This document shows, in pieces, positions 13,206-25,200 of a stretch of DNA of 64,000 bases. The notes below the pieces were generated by a model. It made no database searches. It was given only the letters and a program-made list of their open reading frames with translations, and was not told the DNA's origin. The DNA comes from Octopus bimaculoides (taxonomy: Eukaryota). Where the stretch lies: positions 150,715,854-150,779,853 of the forward strand of contig NC_068982.1 of the NCBI RefSeq assembly GCF_001194135.2, in the 5' to 3' direction. Numbering within the stretch: the stretch's first letter is position 1; each line of letters opens with the position of its first letter. Position numbers and translations under genes: made by a program.

Positions 13206-16200
13206 GTTAATACAGAAGTAAATTTATTTCTCAAACGCGTGATAATGCTATAAATAGCGTGATCAGGATAAATTATCCATATAATGCAGAAAAATACGTT
13301 GCTGGCCAGCCATGAGACTCGAACTCACATCTCAACGCTTCTAAAAAAAAAAAAAGAACAAACTTTGTTTGTTTACTTTCATCGTAAAGTTGAATTTAAC
13401 ATTAGCGTCTTATGAAGCTAAATTTATAAGTTCTAAAATTGCAGAAGAATTCGTTGCTGGGCAGTTTGGTTTAATGGTAAAACACTTGACTATTATGCTC
13501 TAACCTCTCAACTGGCACAAAGCCTCCTCCTTCAATATTACTCTCCCTCCCAATTGTGGGGTCATTGTCTTGCAAGTTACTTGGAAGAGGGGCCTTGCAA
13601 GTCTATCAGGCAGATGGAAGAGCATTGTAGAAAATGAAGGAGAGTATATTTTAGATTAAAAAAGAACTTTGTTTATCTTAATTTTTAAAAATAAAAGAAG
13701 TATAAAAAAACACATTATTTATGGGGTAACCCAATATAGGAATAGACAGACATAAACAAACTAGCATATGACCTCATTATTCTATACTTGAAGCCTGTTG
13801 ATGATATTATCAATAAAAACGTTTTTATTTTTACCTTTTGTAAAAGAAGTGTCAAGAAACCAGATCTTGCAAAATGTCTTGTTAGAGAATCCTGTTTTTT
13901 AATGGCAGCAATGATATTTGGTATTACAGTGTGCATCACAAATTCTGGACAGCATGTATTTTGTAATTCCAGTAAATGACTTTTAATAAACTCTAAATAT
14001 TTCACTTTATCTCTTGACTCATTTATTGCTTCAGAGATCCTGACACAGAAGAAATAACAGAAATATTTTGTGTATGAGAGAAAATTATAACCTCACACTT
14101 TAGTTGTGAATAGCATCAAAGTTATGAACAGCAAGAAGATTCCAGAAGATCAATATTCTGGAGAGAGAGAACTGGGAAAAGTAGCTAGCGCAGGGGGAGG
14201 TGAATGCAATAAAGATAGCAAGAGGTTGAGGGACAAATGTATCAGAGGCATCTAAATGGTCTTGGAGAACAAAGGCCACTATAGCAGTGTATTCGAACTC
14301 ATATATACATTGCTTACTAGGTAAGTAATAAATAGATGATTCAAATCTTATCAGCTCTTTCTTCCACAAAATGATGTTCATGTCTCATACCACTCACAAT
14401 TCAATGTATCATGCAACTAGCTTTTTCTAGATCACTTGTACTTATATTTCTCAAGCCAAAAGTTCAAAGTTACTATCAACCTTTTCCACATAAAAATTAA
14501 GCTAAAAAGTATTCAGTCTAATGTTAAATTGTTTTTATTTATAACCTCACGTAAAAAGAAACATAAATGTGTGTGTGTGTGTGTGTGTGCATGCCCAAGT
14601 CTGTGTTCATGTTTACACCAGTCTAAAAGAAAATATGTGTTGTTTATGTTGTGTCCCATTAAGCCTTGTAACTTAGCTTTTTGATAAATAATATTAGATA
14701 AAATAAATACTGGTATTAATATGATTGACTAAAGCCCTTTTATACAATGAATGAAATCAGGAGAAGAGTAGGAAAATAATAGATTAAAATATTACCCAGA
14801 ATCTACGAATTTCCATTTTCTTAACATTTTAGAGCGTCCAGCAACAAGACATGAAATAACGGATTTACATTCTTTACTTTTCAGTTGTTCAGTTATGTTT
14901 TCAAGTATTTCATACTTCCTTTTCCATTTCTTCAGTTCACTCAGTAGACCCAAGTTGTTCTCCAATGTCCTAAAACATATTAGTCTGTTTTTCACATTTG
15001 GGAAGCTTTATGGAATATTAACTGATTGCTAAAGGCTAAATTTCATCTTCAAGGCTAGAAAATATTTTAGCCAATGAAGGAAACTCTACATTTGTCATGG
15101 GCAAATTGTGATCTGTGGGACTTTCTGAATGGTACACCAAACAAAATATTACCTTGAATTTTTTAGTAGTGTGGCCAGCTTCTTGAAAAAGATTGCCCAT
15201 GCCTGGTCTACATGGTTACTTGACCATCTAGAAATGGCAGTCAAATTTCCCTCAAATCACAATCTCCCATCAAAAAAATAAAAGGACATATTGGATAATG
15301 TAGTTCGAGATATAATATGCCGGGAAAAGAAAAGACAAGAATGTCACAGGTGAAATGTCTTTGATCACAGACCTGTTAGATCAGGGATGATAAGGAGTAA
15401 AAAGAACAACTTCAGCTTTGATCAATTGCTGACCCTCTCTTCAGAGTTCAAAACTCACATCAAGAGCAGTGATCATATATTTGGGGTAGTGTTTCTATTA
15501 CACACTTAAGTACCTTATGCCACAGATCCTGTATGGAATCTGTTAGCCATTACTCCCCTTTATATCATAACAATAGCGAGTTCTTACACTAGTACAGGGC
15601 AACATACAAGTAGAAAAGAAGTTATATTCAATTTTTACTCCAGCACTATGTCATACCTTCTATTATAAATAACAAATGACTTCTTTCAAATAAATAACTA
15701 ATGATTTTTTCACAAATTTCTTCAGAAGATGGTTATAGTCTACTGAACCAAACATAGCATTTACCTAATATATATCTTATCAATCTTCAAAGTACAAAGC
15801 GTGAAGTTAACTTTAGGGGAATTTGAACCCAGAATGTAAAAAGACTTAATATCTGAAATGCACTTAGTCATTGCCAACCATATAATATCATTTACATTAC
15901 ACCAGAGAAGCTGTCTGTCAGAACTGAAGTGCCTGGTCATTATTGCATCAATTCTTATTCAGAGTTACTGTTTCCTTAGATGGATTACGTTTACTATGAC
16001 TTGTGAAGTCAACATCACTCCCATGAGATTACTATTCAGAATTACTACTCTTCTAGACATGTTGAGTTCATGCTGTTTGCAGGGTCCACAGTCCATACAG
16101 AATTTTATTCTGTTACTACTTACTAAAATAGGTTACTTTCCTTGTAGCTAATGTAGTCCAAGTTTCCCTTGCAATGTAGATAATTTAACTATCAGCTAGT

Positions 16201-19200
16201 TGGAACTCTACTGGAATTACCATAGTTTGTTCTGCTGTCTGGGGCAGATGGCTAAAATAAGGTTGCCAAGGGAAAACAGCAATATACTAACATGAAACAA
16301 TAACAGTAAGAGAAATATTAATTTTGCTTAGCTGAAATGCAATAGTTTCCTCATTACAGCTTCTAAGAAAATGAAAGAGAATATGTGGTACTGAAGTTAG
16401 CAAACTCACTTGACAGATTTAACTGCCTAAAGGGGAGAGAAAGTGAGAGAGGAGAGCTTGTGTTTGCAAGTCATCCCAAAACGTGGCACTCAACACACAT
16501 AAATAAATACAGAGGAATCTACTTATTAGAATCAAAAATCTGAATATTACCATTAAAATTTTCAAATAAACCACTATAATCACTAGAAATCAAAAGCTAC
16601 ACTAGCTTTGGAAATGCAGTAGGGTGTACAGTGATGTTAGTTAACAGCAGTTATGAAAGTGATGGTGGTGGAACGGAGATATTAGTGTTTCTGTGTGTGT
16701 GTGTGTGTATGTGATAACTTGGTCACTGGCAGTATTGGTGTATTGTGTAAATATGTACCCCCGTACATTACATACATACCACAGATATTATTATTAGTTT
16801 TTTTTTAAATCAAAACTAGTGGGTCCCAAAATATTTATTTAAATTAATTAAAAACTATTCACTCATTAGAACCGAAGCTTCAGATATTCTTATATCCTCT
16901 GCTTAATGTTATCAGTCAGTGATTGCTACTAAAAATGCTTTGTCCAAAAGTGACCAATAACAATACACAATGGATTCTACTGCACACACACAATTTTGTG
17001 TCTTTGGACTAAACACTGAACTCATAATATCTAATTCAGAAAATACAATATATTCCTAAATATCTACTTCAGCTATTTATAACAATATAACAGTGTGAAC
17101 ATATCAGCTTGCCTCTTATCTGAACTGTAAACAATTGTTTCAATATTAGCAATCCATTCAGCTAGAATCTGTTCTTTATTCTCCATATCATACACTTTGG
17201 TGGGTGATGTACACATACGTTGTTCTACTGTCATTATTTCAGGGGGCACCTTCAGGATTTGCTGGAAATAAATTTAAACAGTCAATTCAATTAAACTCTT
17301 TATATTGAAAATCTTGAAAAAAAAAAATTACCATAATGAAGATTTATTTTAATTAAAAATAAAAAAAAAAANNNNNNNNNNAAAAAAATCAATCAGTGGC
17401 AAAACATCCATAACTGTTTTCATTATTCATTTCCACTGTGGAAAGTTTGGTCAGCAATGATTCGGTAAACCAACATCAAAGGTGATCTAGCTGCAATTAT
17501 CCTAGCCTTTATTAAGGAAATAGATGTTTTTTTTTTTTATAAATTCAGATCATGTTAAAGTGTCCTTCCTCATTTTTTCACCTCAAACTACATTATTTAA
17601 AGTGTTGATTTTTAAGACAGTAGGAAACTTTAGTTGCCATCTCCAGCAGGCAGAGCGAGTGCATCAGCATTCTTTGGTTGTCTCATTGTGGTAAATAGTG
17701 TCAAGAAGAGGTGCAAGCAGTAATTCAAGTCTAAGTGAAAGAAAATAGGTGCAGATTGCTTATTTTCATGAAAAAATATTTGCAGAGGTAAAATACATCA
17801 TTAAATGAAAGGGATTTACAAAAATAATCTTAATAAAATCTGGTATAGAAAGATAACAGGGTAATGCTGTTAGTAGGTGAAGTATTGTATCAGAATAAAA
17901 TCATATAAACATACTTATTGAATAAAATGATTTTATTTCTTTTAATGCTTTTAAGGCCAGGTGTGGCTATTGACACAACATGTTTTCTTCTGCAGATGGG
18001 TGTGGCTTACTGACACACTGCTAAATTCTGAAGAAGACAGGTGTGGTATCATCCTCATCATCGTTTAATGTCTGCTTTCCATGCTGGCATGGGTTGGACG
18101 GTTTGACAGAGGGCTGGCAAGCCAGAAGGCTGCACCAGGCTCCAATCTGATCTGACAAAGTTTCTATAGCTGGATGCCCTTCCTAACTCCAACCATCCTG
18201 AGAGTGTAGTGGGTACTTTTTACGTGCCACTGGCACGAGGGCTAGTCAGCTGCTACAGGCATTGATCATGCTTGAATGGGTGTTTTTTACGTGCCACTGG
18301 CACAGAAGCCAGTGAGTTGGTACTGGCAATGACTACGCACCAACGGTGCTTTTTATGTGCCACCATTAATGGGACCAGTCAACCGGCACTGGTATTGACC
18401 ACGCTTGAATGGTGCTTTTTACATACTAATGACACGGGAGCTAGTCAGGTGGCACTGGCAATAACCATGCTCAAATGGTGCTTTTTTACGTGCCACTGGC
18501 ATAGGTGCCAATCAGGTGGTACTGGCATCGGCCACGACAATGACTTCACTTGACTCAACAGGTCTTCACAAGCACAATGATTGAAGGATACTCTTAAATG
18601 GGCTAGTTATGCTGCATTGGCATAGGCCACGGTTACGGTCTCACTTGGCTTGCCAGGTCTTCTCAAGCACAGTATATCTCCAAAGGTCTCGGTCACTTGT
18701 CATCACCTCTGTGAGGCCCACTATTTGAAGGTTGTGCTTCACTACCTCATCCCAGGTCTTTCTCTTCCACAGGTTCCCTCTATTGCTAGGGTGTGACACT
18801 TTTTCACACAGCTGTCCTCATCCATACACAACACATGACCATACTAGCGCAGTCGTCTCTCTTACACATTACATCTGATGCTTCTTAAGTCTAACTTTTC
18901 TCTCAGGGTGCTTACACTCTGTTGTGTATGTACACTGACATTACATATCCAGCAGAGCATACTAGCTTTATTTCTTGCAAGCTTACACATGTCCTCAGCA
19001 GTCACGGCCTATGTTTCACTGCCATGTAGCATGGCTATTCACACACATGCGTCATATAGCCCACTTTTTACTCTGAGCAAGAGGCTCTTTGTCACCAGCA
19101 GAAGTAGGAGCTCTCTGAACTTTGCCCAGGCTATTCTTTTTCTAGCAGCTACACTCTCAGAGCATCCACCCTTGCTACTGATTGGTCACCTAGGTAATGG

Positions 19201-22200
19201 CAGCTATCAACTACTTTTAGTTTTCCTGCCTGGCATGTGATGGAAGCTGTTTTCTGCACATTTACAGTGATTATTGGCCCTGAGCACTTGCCACACACAA
19301 AAACTATCTTCCCAGTTAGCCTTCCTTTGATATTGCTGCACTTCATCTGTGTCCCTAGCTCACACTGGGTACATCATATGGAGTTTCTACCTAAGCCTTT
19401 TCTGCAGATTGATCAGGGCCATCTACCTGAATGGATTTGTGATTTGTCTGCCTTCCTACTTTATTAAGACTTTGGTCCTTGCTAGTTTGACTCTAAGGCC
19501 CTTCGATTCTAGACCGTTTTTCCACACCTGAAACTTCTCCTCTAGTTCTGATAGTGACTCAGCTATTAGAGCAAGGTCATCAACATAGAGAAGCTCCCAG
19601 GGGCAGCCTGTCTTGAATTCCTTTGTTATTGCCTGGAGGACTATGATAAATAAGAGGGGGCTGAGGACTGACCCTTGGTGGACCCCTACCCATAACCGGA
19701 ATTCTTCACTATATTCATTGCCAACAGTCACCTTACTGACAGAATCCCTGTACGTGGCTTGTACAGCTCTCACCAACCATTCATCTATCCCTAGTTTCTG
19801 CATTGACCACCAGATAAGGGATCGAGACACCCTGTCAAAGGCTTTCTCCAAGTCAATGAAAGCCAGGTACAGAGGTTTACCTTTGGCTAGGTATTTCTCC
19901 TGCAGCTGTCTTACGAGAAATATAGCACCAGTGGTGCTTTTCCCTGGCACAAACCCAAACAGCAATTCGTCTAAACTCTCTCCCTAATTAGTTAGGCTAT
20001 GACCCTCTTCGTGAATTTCATTACCTGATCCNNNNNNNNNNNNNNNNNNNNNNNNNNNNNNNNNNNNNNNNNNNNNNNNNNNNNNNNNNNNNNNNNNNNN
20101 NNNNNNNNNNNNNNNNNNNNNNNNNNNNNNNNNNNNNNNNNNNNNNNNNNNNNNNNNNNNNNNNNNNNNNNNNNNNNNNNNNNNNNNNNNNNNNNNNNNN
20201 NNNNNNNNNNNNNNNNNNNNNNNNNNNNNNNNNNNNNNNNNNNNNNNNNNNNNNNNNNNNNNNNNNNNNNNNNNNNNNNNNNNNNNNNNNNNNNNNNNNN
20301 NNNNNNNNNNNNNNNNNNNNNNNNNNNNNNNNNNNNNNNNNNNNNNNNNNNNNNNNNNNNNNNNNNNNNNNNNNNNNNNNNNNNNNNNNNNNNNNNNNNN
20401 NNNNNNNNNNNNNNNNNNNNNNNNNNNNNNNNNNNNNNNNNNNNNNNNNNNNNNNNNNNNNNNNNNNNNNNNNNNNNNNNNNNNNNNNNNNNNNNNNNNN
20501 NNNNNNNNNNNNNNNNNNNNNACAGAAGGGACACCTTAGATCTGGTTAACAAGCTTTCTAGTGCTGGTGACATGATAAAATACACTCTGTAAAGTGGTTG
20601 AGGATAGGTGCCAAGCTATATCATATCTTATAATACAGAGAGAAATAGTTTTCCAGTCCTGGTGGGACTGATAATTAAAATTAATTATTTGTTGTTGCTA
20701 TATGGCTGTAGTTCTCCTCACACTGAGTAGACCTATGACTAAAGATATTCCAGCTATGATGACATATTGTGTATCTAGGAATACATTATCTAGTGTGTCC
20801 TCCACCTTTTCAAGATTAAGGTGTAATATGAAGAGAATTGGGCTGCTATTTCAAGCCATTCAACTAACTGTATAGAGGCTTACTCACTAGTGAGTATTTG
20901 CTTTTTGAATTAATTCAGTCTTCAAATTTTCTCCTTGTTTAGGATTAGGGTTAGTCAGCAACAACAGTATGAAATAGAATCATGCTGGCACTTGTTCAAT
21001 TTGAATTAATGGTAGGTTTCCAAGTGATTAAGCTATAGAAAGACATAGTGTCTCTGTAGCTACTTGTTTTGCCAAAAATAGCTGCCAAATCTACTTCATA
21101 TCAAATCATATTGTCTGAAAGAAAGTACATATAGAATAATATAGTCTTAGATACACTGTATCTGAAAATAAAGATGGGGTTATCATGACCAGAATTTCTT
21201 TTATCATAGCTAAACTGGTGTGAAACTACAACTAGATAAACTATGATGTGCATTCTCTATAATTTTGTTCCAAAAGCCATACTAAGGTATTTTTTACTAA
21301 TTTCATTTCTTTTTGTTTCACCAGCTTATCATCTTGCAACTTAGCAACCCATCCAAATATTTGTATCCTTCACCTTCCTTCAGTTATCCAACTGCTTCAT
21401 TAGCTGAAAGATTAATTTAGTTTGTGGGTATAGACATGGTTGAAAGAAGTTTGCTACAGTCACATGGTTTTGGACTCAATCTGACTGTATGGCACCTTGA
21501 GCAAGTGTCTTTTACTTCAGGTTGAGAGGGAAAACTGTACAGAAGTCCAGTGGATAGACTATATTTGTTGTAGTAGAGTGGTAGTCTTAAATCTGTCACT
21601 TGGTTTAGCACTAACATCTGGCTCTTAGGCACTATTCAGTGGAGTCCATTGTATTACAGGCATCCAAATTCTGAGATAATCAGTGTCATAGATGTTTGCT
21701 ATATTAACCCAAGTCAAAGAGGCTATGTAAAAATCATCCTGGACTTGTCCTTCTTCCTCTAAGTTATGAAAAAGAATTAAATAGTGAAACCACAATGACG
21801 ACGAAGAAGAAGAAGTAGTAGTTATAGTAGAAGTAGTAGTAGTAGGAGAAGTAGTAGTAGTAGTAGTTAGTGAAATATCACTGAAAGAGCAATTTTATGA
21901 TAGAATATTTTCATTATAATACACTTATCACCCCTTCTACCTTCAGATTTTTATTTTGATGTCAAAAAGTAAACAAATCTAATCATGGAATGGAATTAAA
22001 GGTGTAATCTATTTATATTACCCTGCTACTGTACAGTTACATTGGTAAAGCTTTAAAAAATCTTAACACACTGCACTACATCCTTACATAAAAAAAGAGC
22101 ACTTGGATGGACTTGAACCCAGGGTTTGAGTGAATAAAGTACAGTAGCTGTCCAACAGCTGTAAATAAAAAAAAAGAAAAGCAGTAATATAAGTGTAGGC

Positions 22201-25200
22201 ATCACTGTATGAAAATTTTTCTTTTTACAACCATAAACTTTCAGACTGGAATTTTTAGATTCATCTCTAGGTAGGATTGGACATTCTGAATGTCCCTGGA
22301 AGATTGTGGTTGATTCAATTACAACAGATATTTTGAAGCAGGTCTCTAACATCAGTGTCTTTTCACTGAGCAAGTCATTGCTGAATTCTTTCATTCTGGA
22401 CTTCCATCACTAGTCTGTCTTTTAGAGGTTTATTGAGTTTATCCCCAAATTTACACATCTCAGACATTTTTCTATGTGTTGAAACAGACTAGCATATGAT
22501 TTCTTGGTCTGTTCTGTATAGAGAATAGAACAAAAACTGCTCATGAATTCTATTGGAAACATAGTAAATGTTTTTTCCATGAGCTGACAGAATTTGTAAA
22601 ATGTTTTTTTACTTGGTTTATTATTGGATAGACTTCAAAGCTTGAACAATTTTCTGCACCAACTACAGACAAAAGTATAACTCATTTCTTATTGTCTTCT
22701 TTCTTTTACATCGTTGACTGCAAAGAAAAACCTTAAATGTTCCACATAATTCATGCAATAGTCCTCTGTACTGTTCCATTCATTTACAACTGCAAACAAT
22801 GACATTCTGAATGGCTTGAAATAGCAGCCCAATTCTCTTCATATTACACCTTAATCTTGAAAAGGTGGAGGACACACTAGATAATGTATTCCTAGATACA
22901 CAATATGTCATCATAGCTGGAATATCTTTAGTCATAGGTCTACTCAGTGTGAGGAGAACTACAGCCATATAGCAACAACAAATAATTAATTTTAATTATC
23001 AGTCCCACCAGGACTGGAAAACTATTTCTCTCTGTATTATAAGATATGATATAGCTTGGCACCTATCCTCAACCACTTTACAGAGTGTATTTTATCATGT
23101 CACCAGCACTAGAAAGCTTGTTAACCAGATCTAAGGTGTNNNNNNNNNNNNNNNNNNNNNNNNNNNNNNNNNNNNNNNNNNNNNNNNNNNNNNNNNNNNN
23201 NNNNNNNNNNNNNNNNNNNNNNNNNNNNNNNNNNNNNNNNNNNNNNNNNNNNNNNNNNNNNNNNNNNNNNNNNNNNNNNNNNNNNNNNNNNNNNNNNNNN
23301 NNNNNNNNNNNNNNNNNNNNNNNNNNNNNNNNNNNNNNNNNNNNNNNNNNNNNNNNNNNNNNNNNNNNNNNNNNNNNNNNNNNNNNNNNNNNNNNNNNNN
23401 NNNNNNNNNNNNNNNNNNNNNAATATGACTTTTATATTTTTATTTAAAAAATTAAATTGAGAAATAATTATCTAAAGAAGGAAAATAAGATTCTTAAAAA
23501 GTACATCAAACTTAAGTATTAATAGCAAGTCTTTTCATGCAGGACACAAAAAAAAAAGGAAGAAAATACAAGATGATAATGAAGCTTATAAGGCAAATGT
23601 GGCTTATATAATTTGTTGGATCAGGTAATGAAATTCACGAAGAGGGTCATAGCCTAACTAATTAGGGAGAGAGTTAGTTTAGACGAATTGCTGTTTGGGT
23701 TTGTGCCAGGGAAAAGCACCACTGGTGCTATATTTCTCGTAAGACAGCTGCAGGAGAAATACCTAGCCAAATGTAAAGGATGCACACTGGAGTTTATCAA
23801 TTCAAGATGCCCCACCCCGATCAGTTTCAAGCACTTTTTATACCTTTTCTGTGCTACAAAGAAGAACTGATAACTGGACAACTAACACTGGAGTTGTTTC
23901 CCCTACTTTTCCATGTTCTAAGTGCAACACAGATTATATTCCTGTACTTCAAGAATATATAGATTTAGGAAGCCCATTGTGATGACTTACGATTATATCG
24001 AAATGTAATGTGAAGCTAAAATTGGTTGGAGTATACGCATACATACTGACTCACATACATATCTATAAAATGAAACTTGAAATATGTGTACATTTTATGC
24101 TACTTGAAAACCAGTGCTATCGGTTATATCCTGTAACTTACATTTATTCATCGGTGCCCGTACTTAAGAGTCTAAAATTGAAAATATAATATTGATTCAA
24201 TTCTGCATATCTAGTCTTTTTTAAAAGCATGCAGTGACCTAGTTTTTTAAGAGCAGTTCAACATGTGACTGTCACCTGCTCCAAACACTCATCTCGACAT
24301 TTTTGAGCCAAACCTCCATATCACATTGAAACATCTTTTTGTTAAAAAAAAAAAAAAAAGGAAATGGATACTTTGGATGAGTAAACTATGCTTGAAGATT
24401 AGAAGATGGTATGATTATGGGTCTGCTGGATGAGACTGGATTTGCCCTGATCACAGGTCTTCTGAATTAGACTTGATCTAGGGCTAAACAATATTAACAG
24501 CTCGTGACAGACTCGAGTATGTAAGTGCTTGTGCTTGGTGTGGTTCACTGTGAGTGAACGTGTTTCATTGTTCATCTTATCGCAGATTGCTTATGTTTAT
24601 GTATGTATATACATTTGTGTATGTCAGTATATGTGTTTATGTGCATATATGTATAAAATAGAAGAGGTGGACATTGGAATTAGACACTGAGGGAAAATGG
24701 CTGTAACTTTTTNNNNNNNNNNNNNNNNNNNNNNNNNNNNNNNNNNNNNNNNNNNNNNNNNNNNNNNNNNNNNNNNNNNNNNNNNNNNNNNNNNNNNNNN
24801 NNNNNNNNNNNNCGACCTCGGTGGAATTTGAACTCAGAACGTAACGGCAGACGAAATACCGTCGCGCTAACGTTTCTGCTAAATCGCCGCCCTATCGTAA
24901 TCTACACCATCTGAAAGGTATTTACAGAAAATTTCATTAAAAAAATACCAATTTTTCTGAAAGTTACAAAGCAACAAAGCCAATTTGAGTGAATTTTCCG
25001 AAACTCATGTTCCCTCATCCCCACAAAAACATTTTCATAATAAATTCCGATATAATTAGAATCTATAGCATCTGAAGCGTACTTGCTGAAAATTTCATTT
25101 AAAAATACTCATTTTTCTAAAAGCTATGAGGAAACAAACTTGGTGGTTACACTTGTGTAGACAGGCCATATATAAATAAATAAAACTGAATATATTCAAA

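Larger units (their letters stand above)
19882..23771. repeat. ~1 kb inverted duplication (arms 19882-20862 and 22808-23771)
   Basis: About 20531-20862 is the reverse complement of 22808-23139; 19882-20031 matches 23619-23771 apart from a 4-bp indel; both arms contain gaps. Confidence 0.9.

Noticed and set aside
14100-14381. 93 aa hydrophobic minus ORF between dynein exons 3 and 4
   Set aside because: Exons 3 and 4 join directly (VDSG-ISEA); no recognisable family
17955-18050. Three ggtgtgg(c)t motifs as an E-box cluster
   Set aside because: Too short and degenerate to distinguish from chance next to a LINE tail
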